Source: Gracilinanus agilis (lineage: Eukaryota). From it: DNA of 64,000 bases. Positions 1-11,443 of this stretch are shown in pieces. Within the stretch, counting starts at the first letter, position 1, and the number at the start of each line of letters is the position of its first letter. The stretch spans positions 272,957,222 through 273,021,221 of the forward strand of contig NC_058135.1 in the NCBI RefSeq assembly GCF_016433145.1. Direction: 5' to 3'. Under the pieces are notes generated by a model. The model was not told the DNA's origin, made no database searches, and was given only the letters and a program-made list of their open reading frames with translations. The position numbers and the translations under genes were made by a program.

Positions 1-530
1 CAAAATCCTGGGGCTCTGGGGACAGTATCTCTGGGAGAATGCACTTCATGAGATGATTCTCCAAAGAAACAATAGAACATAGGAATCTTATATACCTTTT
101 GGGGAACTCAAGGCATCAAATATACACTGACAGGCTGTAAGCAGGCTTGGGAAAGAGGCCATAGTCAGAGGCTGGGGTATCAGAGAGGTCTATTTACAAT
201 GGATACTAAAAGGATGCTTCCTGCACAGGTATTGGTCTTCTTGGGAATGGATCTCTGATACAATGGGGCAAACTTCTAAGACTAGAAGGGTACTTAATAT
301 TTGATTAGGTCTGCTAGCCCCAACTAAGCTGGGATCATCAAATACTTTAAGGTCTATTGTTCAGTCTGAAATAGGTGAATCTAGGACTTCCCTCAGGGTG
401 AGATCTCAGGGGACAAGGGGCAAAATTGGAGTCTTCAGATTTCAAGTTGAAATGCCTTTTGACCCAGCAATACTACTATTAGGTTTGTTTTGTAAAGTGA
501 TCAGGGAAAAAGGAAAAAGAACGTATATGT

Positions 531-690
531 TCTTTTTTTAACCCTTATCTTCCATATTAGAATCAATACTATGTATTGGCTCTAAGGCAGAAAGAAAGGT
601 CTAGGCAATGGGGGTTAAGTGACTTGCCCAGGGTCACATAGCTAGGAAGTGTCTGAGGCTAGATTTGAACCTAGGAACTCTCATCTCTGA
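531..690 (-). mobile_element. SINE1_Mdo-type SINE, 5' truncated
   Basis: Core gacttgcccagggtcac and a T-rich tail. Confidence 0.85.
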
Positions 691-879
691 ATAGAATTGA
701 TACCATTAAAAAAAGGTAATGTAGCAAGAATTTAGGAAGACTTGTGTTCAAATCCCGCTAGTATTACTAGCTGTGTGACCTTTGTCAGACATTGAACTTT
801 ACCGAGCTCAAGCCTCAGGATAGTATGTTTCATAAAAATTGTCATTCACTTTCATAATTGACCCCAGACTAATGACATT

Positions 880-900
880 CTTATTTCCTCATGTCTTCAG
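880..900 (+). other. Splice acceptor before the OR4S pseudogene coding exon
   Basis: ttatttcctcatgtcttcag| followed by a 44-nt leader homologous to the leader of the intact OR4S gene. Confidence 0.55.
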
Positions 901-944
901 ATAAATTCATAATGTATGACTCATTTGAAAACCATCAACATTTC

Positions 945-1879
945 ATGCAAAGTAACATCTCAGAATTTATTCTAACTGGTCTGTCCCAGAATGAGGAGGT
1001 GCATCAAGTTTGCTTCTTTCTCTTCTTACTTTTTTACACAATCAATGTCTTTGGGAATTCCCTTATTATCCTCAATATCAGGAGTAGACCAAATCACAAT
1101 TCTCCCATGGACTTCTTCTACAGTCTCTTATCTTTGCTAGATATTTATTATTCTTATGGCACTGCTCCAAAGCTGATTGTGAACTTCCAAGTTAAAGTCA
1201 AGGTCATCTCCTTTGTAGATCTTGACTTGTAGAGCTCAACTCTTTGGATCCATTTCTTTGGGGGCTGTGCAGAGATCTTCATCCTAAAAGTAATGGTTTA
1301 TGACAGTATATGGTCATTTGTAAGTCCCTGCACTATACAGCTATAATGAACCAGAGGGTTTGTACTATCTTGGTGGTGAGTTCTTGGGTGAGAGCCTTTA
1401 TTCATTCTACTGTACAGACCCTTCTCACTCTCTGGTTGCCCTTCTGAGGTTCCAATCTGATTGACCATTACTTCTGTTATGTCAATGTCCCATTGAAACA
1501 CACCTGCACTGATGCTTATGTGGTGGGGTCATTGGGGTGACCAATGCTTGCATGATATCCTTGACTTGCTTTATCATCTTTGTGGTCTCCTAAGCTGTTA
1601 TATTGCTCTCCCTCAGGACTTGCTCCTCAGAGGGGGAGATAAAGGCTCTCTGCACCTTTTCTTCTCATGTTATTGTGGTAATTTTGTTCTTCATACCTTG
1701 CATCTTCATCTATATGTGGCGCTCAACTAACTTTCACAGAAGATAAGATGGTAGTTGTGTTCTATACCACCATAACCCCCAGGTTGAATCCACTGATCTA
1801 TACCCTGAGGAATGCAGAAGTAAAGAATGCCTTAAAGATTTGGTGGGCCAAGAAAGTGATGGAAGAAACAAATTGCTAG
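945..1879 (+). pseudogene. OR4S-like olfactory receptor pseudogene
   Basis: [15 protein letters not shown]...SPMDFFYSLLSLLDIYYSYGTAPKLIV aligns with the intact gene at 35422-36357. There is a ~7-nt insertion with a stop at 1230-1232, further 1-nt indels including one in the MAYDRY Arg codon, and later stops. [16 protein letters not shown] is still readable near 1775-1830. Confidence 0.93.
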
Positions 1880-2093
1880 ATGAGACAACTACGATTTTAC
1901 CAAGTAAGAAAGGGATGGGAGAAAAGCTTCCTTATAATTTTCCTTTAAACCTGTCCCTCACATGACTTACTAAAGACTTGGTCATTTTTACCCCTCAAAT
2001 CAACTCCCTCTTTATAATTTCTTTTACTTTGTCCTTTATCCATTTAATATCCACATGGCATGGATAACTCTTCATCTGGCCTTGTTTACCTGA

Positions 2094-2157
2094 TATACCA
2101 CTCACTAGGCATGTGTATATATATATATATACATATACATGCCTAGTGAGTGGTATA
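2094..2157. repeat. 64-bp near-perfect palindrome centred on (AT)n
   Basis: 21-bp perfect inverted arms tataccactcactaggcatgt / acatgcctagtgagtggtata. Confidence 0.95.
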
Positions 2158-2372
2158 ATGTGTAGTCAACTCTTCATAGAAGCAGAAAAAACATGATTAG
2201 ATAGTATATTGTGACATTTGTTCTTGGGATAGCAATAACAAGTAATGCCTAACCTTTATTAAATTATTAAATGGCTACCAGCCCACTGCATTTTTAGATC
2301 CTGGTAATACATAGTCTTATAGGTTTGATAGGAATTCAAGATTTCTTTTGTAAAATTTTGTTAATTTACAAT

Positions 2373-3046
2373 TTTATTTTTTACAATTATATGTAAAATA
2401 ATTTTTATCATTAAAGAAAAAGTTTTGAATTCTGTATTATCTCCATCTCATACTTTCCTCTTCATTCTTGAGAAGGCAAGCAATTATCTATAGGTTAAAC
2501 ATGTGCCATCATGCAAAACATATTTTATCATTAGTCATGTTGTGAAAGAAGACACAGGCCAGAAAACAAGCAAGAAAAATAAAGAAAAAATTTAAAAGTA
2601 TGCTGTTATTTGTATTCAGATGCTATCAGTTTTTTCCCTGGGGTGTGTATAGTATTTTCCATCATAAGTTCTTTGGAATAATTTTGAATCATTCAATTGC
2701 TGAAAAGAGCTAAGTCACTCACAATTCATTAGAAATATTAATTTTTCTGCATATAATGTTCTCATGGCTATGCTTGTTTGACTTTGTATTAGTTCATGTA
2801 AATCTTTCCAGTTTCTTTTTTGAGAGAAATCACTTGTTATCTCTTAGAGCACAATCTCATTCTATCGTAATCATATACCACAACTTGTTTAGTCATTCCT
2901 CATTGATGGGCATGTTCTCAATTTCTAATTCTTTGCCACCACAAAAAGCTGTTCTAAATATATTTAACAAATTAAAATCCTTTTCCTTTTTTTTAAAAAT
3001 CTGAGATACAGACCTTGTAATGGTATTTCTGGGTCATAGGTATGCC
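2373..3046 (-). mobile_element. L1 3' fragment
   Basis: Marsupial L1 3' UTR and ORF2 C-terminal motif (ggtatttctgggtcataggtatg). Confidence 0.8.
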
Positions 3047-4399
3047 CTATTTTGTAGTCTTTGAATATATGAATATATGAATTCAGGATTTCTATGAAAT
3101 ACTAGGAATTTCTTGGAGAAAAATGAGTTTTTTAAATTCCCCATGCCACAGCTTATATGAATGGAGAAAGAAGTTCCTTCTTAGTTTTTTGACTCATATT
3201 TTCAGTTGGGCCTACGTTTGGATGATGACACAAACCATGGATTCTGAATTGCAGCCCTGCTTAGGGATTAGGCTTTGGGATCTAGTATGACTTGGAATTC
3301 ATGAAAGTGGGTGATTTCCCTTGTCCCATTTACTGGCAGGGAGTGTTGAATGATTTTAGCTTTGAGTAGCCCAACATGAATTGAGCATATTTCACAACTA
3401 TTCTATGCAAAGATCTTTTCTACCATCCTGATACCCTGGTATGGTGAAAGTAATATTAATTCAGATTTTCCCCATGTTTTGCTAAGATTCCTCACACCTA
3501 AAATCAAAGAATATTTATGAGACTTAATTGATCTGAGATACTATTGCCATGAACTCATCTTCCTGTTTGGATAGATGTATAAAAGAATTTCATCATCTGT
3601 AAAGTGAGGTGGAGAAGGGAAATGGCAAACTATTCTAGCATCTTTGTCAAGAAAACCCCCCAAGGGGGCCACAACTGAAAATGACTGAATAACAGGAATA
3701 CATTAAAGAAAGCTAGTGCAAAAGGAGTCGGTGCCCCAGTCACTCTCCTCAGGTGATTAGATGCAATTCTGTGTGGATAAGAGGGGGAATGCATCAATTT
3801 GAACCACTTCTGTCTCCTTGCTGAGTTTTGATTCAGAGCCATGGATCATCACACCTTTTTATTAACTATTAGATTGTCTCTGACTGTCTTTTTTCTTTCT
3901 AATTTTCTTTTTAATTCTAATTTCAAACCTAACCTACCAGACTCTTAAAGTCAGACATGATCTCTAAAACTTAGCTTTTATCTACTGATGGCTTTGATTG
4001 CCAATTTTCCTTATTGGAGCTTCAGCACATCACTTGGTTTCTCACTTCCCAATTAATGCCCCATCGTTCAATACAGTAGGATGGTGTAGAGGTAGACAGA
4101 CCTCTACACTGCATAAATCCATGTAATTTGGGATTGTGATACTTCAAATCCCTTCCTCACAGCACTATGGTGAGGACCAATGGATACCATGTTTATCAAA
4201 GTACTTTGTAAATATTAAAGAGCCATGTACATACATATGAACTTATTTCAGGGGGCTATTCTGAGGTCAATTCTACAGAAATAAAAGGGCAGTATTTTTA
4301 AAGAAGAGAAACAACCTAGTCTTGAGTGCTAAACTCAATACTTGACATTCCATGGTTGTACTGATCACAGACTCTTTTCCAGGCACCCCCAACCTCCTA

Positions 4400-5530
4400 A
4401 CAGGTTCAGTCTGGTGAACTTTTTCAAGTACAGATCATCACCTTTGGGTATCAAAAGATATGGCAGATAAGATTGCTAGCTACTGTCAATGATCTTTAGA
4501 AGACTATAGAGATGGGAGTCTGGCAAAAATGAATAAATTCAGACATGCTGATTTTAAAAAAGAAAAGAATAAGATCTAAAAACTAGTGATCTTAATTTTG
4601 GTTCTTAGAAAATTCTAGCATTTCAAGTGAGAACGCCACAGTTTTTTTCTCTAAAGGATAAGTTTATAATTGCTGATTAAAACTGGCAAGTTCATAATTG
4701 CCAATTAAAATCTACTTGGCATACAGAATCCTAGTAGATAATAAAGGATTTTAAAAAAGGATTCTTTGTTATAATAGCTGGTATTTATATAGTGCTTTCT
4801 GTTTTGCAAAACATTTTACAAATAGTATTTCATTTGAACCTCACAACAACCCTGGGAGGTAGGTACTATTATTATTACTAATTGATAGATGGGGAAATTG
4901 AGGCAAAAGAGGGTAAATGACTTGCTGAGTATGATACAGCTAGAAAATCTGGGTCTTCCTGTTTCCGTGTGCAAACTTCTAGCCACTGTACCACCAAACT
5001 GCCTGTAATTTTGAAGAACTGGATTGAACATATATAGAAGAAAGTAGAGATCACCAGAAGCTAGCATGGCTTGATTACAAAAAAGTTATTCCAGATGAAT
5101 GGTATTTCCTTTCTTGATAGGGTCACTAAACTGCTACATCAGGGGAATGATGCGGACATCATTCCCAAAAATTTCAACAAAGCTCCTAATGAAGTTTCCT
5201 ATGCTATTCTTGTGGAAAAGAGAGAAGAACATGAGCTTTTTATTGCTGTTGATTCATTGCAGTTGTGTCTAACTCTTTGTGACTCCATATGTTTTTTGTT
5301 TTTTATTTTTTGGCAAGGGTACAGGGATGCTTTGTGATTTCCTTCTCCAGCTCATTTTACAAATGAGGAAACTGAGTCAAATAGCATTAAATGACTTGCC
5401 TACAATCACATAATTAATGAGATTTGAACTCTGGTCTTCCTAATGTCAGGTATATGGCTCTGCCCCCTTTGCCACATCACTGTGGTTAGGTATGAACTAG
5501 ATGGTAATAAAATTAGATGATTTTGGTTGA
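4400..5530 (+). mobile_element. L3/CR1 reverse-transcriptase remnant (interrupted)
   Basis: ISFLDRVTKLLHQGNDADII...FNKA..VSYAILVEK matches the CR1 RT motif ISFFDRVTKLVDQGNAVDIIYLDFSKAFD. Confidence 0.8.
5232..5482 (-). mobile_element. MAR1/MIR-type CORE-SINE inside an L3
   Basis: CORE cattttacaaatgaggaaactgag and a MAR1-like tail. Confidence 0.75.
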
Positions 5531-5769
5531 TGGGGGAGCTAAAGCCCAGAGAAGGAGAGTGGCCTAGCCAACATCATCATGAAGACAGGAAAAGCTTCTC
5601 AGTTTTCTGATTGCCATTGTAATTCTTCCCACTAATCTCTGCTACTTCAGAATTGTACAATAAATTAGATATGAAGTTTTGTGATGAAATCCCAGGTTTA
5701 CTCACTTGTCTATTTCTATTCCCCAATCTCCCTTTCAGATGCACATCATTTCCTGGAACAGTGTGAGAC

Positions 5770-5940
5770 TTAGATCACTATGTAACTAATAGAAGCAAAC
5801 CCCAACCTTTTCCCAAGCCATCATTTTGTTGGCAGAGTTTCTTCCTATGGGACTGGGGATGACCTCAGGGAACGTGATCTCTTGATCATAGCTACTGGTT
5901 TAGTTCATTTTTTATAAAGTTAGGAAATCTCAGAACTGAG
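5770..5940 (+). promoter_or_regulatory. Candidate promoter of OR4B copy 1 (O/E sites + TATA)
   Basis: Clear homology to 14710-14880. O/E-like TTCCTATGGGA and CCTCAGGGAA (5863-5872), TATAAA at 5913-5918. Confidence 0.6.
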
Positions 5941-6439
5941 GTCTTACATTTGACATCTCTTCTGGGTAGGTATAAGTCCTTTCATGTGTGGAGGACTTTG
6001 GCTGTTGGCTTGGCTGCCTCTGGCAGTTTTTGCTATTTTCTAGGGGCAGGAAGACCAAAGAATTGACAGGAAGATCTTGATCCAGAACCTGGGTAATTCA
6101 TCTTTTAAGGGAACTGAGTTTTCTTGTTTTCAGAGACCACAGAAAATTTGGGATTATAGCCTGGGGAGGGAAGGCACCAGTTATAACCTGGGATTTAGCA
6201 AAAACAAGGAGATAGATGGTGTTGTGAGGAAAGAAAGCAGGGAATTAGAATAGGAATTGTGAGTGGGCATTTTTTTGGTGGACAGGGGACATAGCTACTC
6301 GGAGAATTATTTTTGCTCTGTTATACAGATTTGTAATAGGTTTTGTTGTATTTATTTTCTCAGTGGGTGTGGGAAGAGCATATGAGATAGAATTCAGACA
6401 TAAAAAAAATAAAACTGCATAAAAAACCCTAGAGATATT

Positions 6440-7100
6440 TGGGAGTTTTCTTCTTATCAATGATTTCCTTCAGAGAAGATGCTTGGAAGTAGAATCTTTG
6501 CATCAAAGTATGTGAACATTTTAATGATTTTATTTTCATAATTCCAAATTACTTTCTCAGATGACTGTGTCATTTCACAGCCCTACTAACTATGTATTCA
6601 TCCATATCTTCCCACGATGCCTCCAAAATTGATTTGTTTTTTCATCTTGTGTCATCTTTGCCAATTTACTGCAGTAAAACCTCAGGGTTTTAAAATATTT
6701 TCATTTTTCTTAGTTTTTAGTGATTTGGAACATTTTAATTAACATTTTGTAGCTCTTCTTTTGAGAGCTATTTGCTAATTTCCTTTGGCCTTTGCATTTA
6801 TGTATCAGTTAATGGTTGTTAGTCTTATGAATATCTGTTATAGAAACACTTAAAATATATTTGTTTGATAATTCTTCACACTAAGCCTCATTTGACAGTT
6901 GCTAGCTAAAACAACCTTCCTGATAACCTGCTTTCCTCCTATAGGGAGGCTTTGGAGTAAATCCAAGCTATTGTTGGTCTGATTTTCCCCTGTGATCATT
7001 CCAAAGAGGAAGGATTTAATCCTACTAGAACTCTTGTTACTACAATATTGCCTCCAAAATCTGTTCCTCTTCACCTTGATATTTGTAAATGACATCTCCT
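6440..7100 (-). mobile_element. Old L1 ORF2 3' fragment
   Basis: Diverged L1 ORF2 distal sequence. Confidence 0.6.
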
Positions 7101-7115
7101 TCCTTTTCAATGATT

Positions 7116-7306
7116 AAACAAACCCTTACCTTCCATCTTAGAATCTCTAAGTATCCATTTCAGGAGAGAAGAGTGGAAGAGCTAAGCAATGGGAGTTAGG
7201 TGACTTGCCCATGTTCACAGAGTTAGAAAGTGTCTGAGGCCAGATTTGAATCCAGGATTTTCCAACTCCAGACATGGTTCTCTATTTACTGAGCCATCTA
7301 GCCACT
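7116..7306 (-). mobile_element. SINE1_Mdo-type SINE (diverged)
   Basis: Core and 3' tail recognisable. Confidence 0.8.
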
Positions 7307-8429
7307 CTGGATGCTTATTGTAAAAATGGCTTTCAACAATTTTTACTTAGCATAATGTTGTTTGATTCTCAGACTTTCAGATTTTATTACCCCATTTTAC
7401 TGTTGTGAAAACTGAGACTAAAAGATTAAGAACCTTGTCCAACATCACATAGCTAACAAGTGTCTGAAGTAGAATGAGAACCTGAATCTTCCTTACTGTT
7501 AGACCAATGGCATTTCTATCACTTGACCTCTTGGTATTTACCTTGGAAAAATTCTCAGTGCATTAGCATAAAAAAGTCCTAATTGGGCTTAGACTTTCCT
7601 CCCTTCTCCCTTCCCTTCTGTTTCTGTTGTTGCCTCTCCTTAAGAGATTGTCTTGGAATATTTAATGATGAAGATAATCCCACAGTTTTTTTAAAAATAC
7701 TGGAATAGAATTTACTTTGAGTAAAAATTATTTAAATGTTCATTAAACTTTCAAAGGATTAAATAGGACACATAGAATCTGCCATGGACCAAACACTTTA
7801 CAAATATTACCCCATTTCATTTTCATAAGAAACCTTGGAGAAAGGTTATAAATTTTTCCCTGTATGATGTCCTAAAATTTCTTTTTTCAAACCTTTTTCA
7901 GGAAGTCTAATAACTGTAAATGAATTCTCTTTATTCCATCTTCTAGTTCCATCATCTTTACTTGTAAATAAAATTATCAAGTCTTTGTCTAGATGAGTTC
8001 TTTGATTTTCTTTTGTTTACTGTTTCAGATATTTGACTTCCATCAAAATAATATTATTACACAGAACATCCATATTATTATAAAAATTTCTACAGCTTTC
8101 TCCAATTATGAAGTTACTTTTTGGTTATATATTTTTGGGAATAATTCATGCCAGATAGCTTAATAGATAGATTCTAAAAAAAGTTTATAAGACAATGTGA
8201 ACTTTCATTAAAATTTTCCATTTTAATTTTGTCATTATTGTTAATTCATTAATTTTTCCCCTTGGTCTCTTCCCCTTAGGTTATTTTAATATAAAATATG
8301 TATTAATTGCATTAGTGATTTTCTCTCCTGTCCTTGTTATTTACTTGCCAGTTTCTATTGTTTTTCTGAGAGAGTAGTGTCTTCCTAACCTTTTTGCCTG
8401 CCATTTCTTCTCTACCATTCACTTAAATA

Positions 8430-8744
8430 TACATGATAACCTCAAAGTCTTAGAGGTATTTTAAGCTTTAATATGTTAAAACTTCAATAAGGGGGGCAGC
8501 TGGGTAGCTCAGTGGATTGAGAGCCAGGCCTAGAGACGGGAGGTCCTAGGTTCAAATCCGGCCTTAGACACTTCCCAGCTGTGTGACCCTGGGCAAGTCA
8601 CTTGACCCCCATTGCCTACCCTTACCAATCTTCCACCTATAAGTCAATACACAGAAGTGAAGGGTTTAAAATAAAAAAAAATTCAATAAGATCTTTAAAA
8701 GCTTTAATAGCCTAAAATTGCAGAGACTTTTGAGACTCCATGTA
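8430..8744. mobile_element. Tc1/mariner-type MITE interrupted by a SINE
   Basis: Decayed ~35-bp TIRs (tacatgataacctcaaagtct... / ...agacttttgagactccatgta) with TA ends. Confidence 0.65.
8491..8681 (+). mobile_element. SINE1_Mdo-type SINE (young, short-tail variant)
   Basis: tRNA-like head GGGGCAGCTGGGTAGCTCAGTGG...GGTTCAAATCC, A tail, TSD ttcaataag. Confidence 0.93.
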
Positions 8745-9692
8745 TATGTATATAGAGAACAGAGGACAAAGCTTGGAAGGTGATAGTTTTTTTTGCATTT
8801 TCCCCTTGTTCAGGATGCCATATAAATATGTGTGTATATGCACACACATCTCTTTATGTAAATATGTGTGTATAGGCACCTACATATAAAATATATATAC
8901 AATACTTGTTCATGCAATACATATATAACATTAGATAGAGAACTGAACTCAGAAAGACTTGAGTTTAAATTTAATCCTCAAACACTAGCTGTATGATCTT
9001 GGAAAAGTCACTTAAAAGCTGTCTGCCTCAGTTTCCTTATGTGTAAAATGAAGATAATATATCACAACTTGTTTAGCCATTCCCCAATTGATAAGCATCC
9101 TCACATTTTTGAAGTTTTTGAAACCAGAAAGAGAATTGGTTGAAGAATTTATGGATTATTAATTTGTAGAAAACAAGACTAAGAGACAACATATGAGCTC
9201 ATTTAAAATTTTTGAAAGATGTCACGTAAAACAAAGATTTGATTTTTTTCTATTTGGACTTGAAGGAGTGAATAAGGAGCAATGCCTGAATGTAGCTAAA
9301 AGAATGATTCTAGCTGAATTGTTGGGAAGATTGCCTTATGGTGGGAGCTTTCTCAATATAGAATTAGCTGCCTCACATTATTTTACATTCATTCTTATTA
9401 CATTCAGCCTCAGAGAGAGGCTAAATAACTACGTAATTTGCACAGGGGATTCTCTTTTGAGTTGGCTAAAGTAGATAAATTCTGAGATCTTTTCTGAATG
9501 CAATTCTATACCAAATTTATTGCTACAGGATTAGGAAAACAATTGTGAATAAAATATATCAAATGTTGTGGAGTTATTCGGAATTAAGAAGAAAATTTAC
9601 ATTAAGAATAAAACATTCATGGTACTTTTTTCTTTTGTCTTACTTCAAGCCTAGTAAGTTTCTCTTGAACTGATATGACATGATTGGATTCC

Positions 9693-10604
9693 ATGGCCAT
9701 AACAAACAACGTGACCCAGCTAATCTTTACAGGACTCTTCCAGGATCAAGAAGTACAGAGAGTGTGTTTTGTGGTTTTTCTTCCAATGTATGTAGCCACA
9801 ATGTTGGGCAATGGCCTCATCATCTTGACTGTCAACATGAGCAAGAGTCTGAGCTCTCCCATGTACTTCTTCCTCAGCCACTTATCCTTAGTAGAGATTT
9901 GTTACTCTTCCACAGTTGTTCCTAAATTTATTTCTGGCTTATTGACTGAGAACAAAACTATCTCTTTGGATGGCTGCATCACCCAGATCTTCTTTTTCCA
10001 CTTCTTTGGAGTTGCTGAGATCCTCCTGCTTACGGTGATGGCCTATGATCGATATGTGGCCATCTGTAAACCCCTCCATTATATGACCATCATGAGCCGT
10101 CCTGTGTGTCGTGTGCTGGTGGTTAGTTCCTGGCTTGGGGGCATGTTTCACTCTGTGATTCAGATTCTCATCACTGTTCAGTTGCCCTTCTGTGGTCCCA
10201 ATGTGATTGATCACTATTTCTGTGACCTCAATCCCTTGTTCAAGCTTGCCTGTACTGATACTTTTGTGGAAGGAATTATTGTGTTTGCTAACAGTGGTGT
10301 AATTGCTTCATGTTTCTTTCTCCTCTTGATTTCTTCTTACGTTGTCATCTTGGTTCACTTGAGAAACCAGTCAGCAGAGGGGAGACGCAAAGCTCTTTCC
10401 ACTTGTGCCTCCCACATCACTGTTGTTCTCTTATTCTTTGGTCCTGCCATCTTTCTCTACTTGAGGCCATCTTCTACCTTTACTGAAGACAAACTTGTGT
10501 CTGTGTTCTATACAGTGGTTACTCCAATGTTGAATCCCATCATCTATTCTTTGAGAAATGCAGAAGTGAAGAATGCTATGAAGAGGTTGTGGGGAAAAAA
10601 ATGA
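9693..10604 (+). CDS. OR4B1: Olfactory receptor, OR4B1-like (copy 1), 303 aa
   Basis: Intact ORF with OR motifs [30 protein letters not shown] and PMLNPIIY. The first ATG is 9693 (the ORF track starts at a TTG). N-terminus MAITNNVTQLIFTGLFQD and LACTDTFVEG resemble human OR4B1 as recalled; subfamily-level call. Confidence 0.93.
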   Translation: MAITNNVTQLIFTGLFQDQEVQRVCFVVFLPMYVATMLGNGLIILTVNMSKSLSSPMYFFLSHLSLVEICYSSTVVPKFISGLLTENKTISLDGCITQIFFFHFFGVAEILLLTVMAYDRYVAICKPLHYMTIMSRPVCRVLVVSSWLGGMFHSVIQILITVQLPFCGPNVIDHYFCDLNPLFKLACTDTFVEGIIVFANSGVIASCFFLLLISSYVVILVHLRNQSAEGRRKALSTCASHITVVLLFFGPAIFLYLRPSSTFTEDKLVSVFYTVVTPMLNPIIYSLRNAEVKNAMKRLWGKK

Positions 10605-11443
10605 ATTTCAGCAGGGAATGAAAATGGACTTGTGAAGACAATGAACACTGACTTGCAGGGTAGTGGTTATATAAATATTGATGCATATATAATGTAATGG
10701 ATAAAAAGGGGTACACTAAAGTTCGGGGAGTGTTCTTCTTCCCTTGCTGAGTGACAGAGGGGTAAAAGGGTGATCGAGGTAATAGGAGGAATGGAAGGGA
10801 AAGTTGGGTTTAAGGAGGAATGATCAGGGTCGTATTTGGATGGTAAGGGTACAGGTGAGGTATTCAGGAGAGGCAGCTGACACAGACTAGACTCCCAAGC
10901 TAGAAACAGAGGACACTAGGGGGAAATAGGCTGAACCCTTCCAGGCAGGAAAGGCACTTTTACAGACACAAGTAATAGGGCCAGTCATAAGTTGTTTGAA
11001 TCTGACTTGAGAGCTTTCTTGTCAGTTTCTCAAGTCCTCAAAGGAGGAATCACAAGGCTCCTTCCTGTCAATGAAATTGAAGTGATTTCAGGAGGAAGCA
11101 TTGGGCAACTACTTCCTCCCAAGATGGATGCCTCCAGTTTCCCTCAGGAAATAAAGAGAATTATTCCTTCCCCTTCACACTTGCCTAATTTCTTCAACAC
11201 AAAGATTCTCTAGAGGGTTGGATTAGGTAACCAAGGGTTTTTTTTTAATGTTTCAGGGCTGGTCTGGAAGGAGAGAGGGGATTGAGTTTTCTGACAGCTG
11301 CTAGGGAGAAACACAAGATGGGAGAGGGTCTCAGGAATGGGTTAGACATAGAGAGAACCTGCTCTCTCATCCTGGGAAGATTTGGCTGCTTTTAAGGTAG
11401 AGGGTATACTAAAGGGATAGTTTGAATTCAAGGATGTCCTACT

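Noticed and set aside
8491-8570. tRNA-like A/B boxes here and in other SINE heads
   Set aside because: These are tRNA-derived SINE heads with SINE body, A tail and TSD, not tRNA genes.
9684-9692. N-terminal extensions in the ORF track (9684, 25209, 36396)
   Set aside because: They start at TTG. The first ATG gives the normal OR N-terminus with its glycosylation site.
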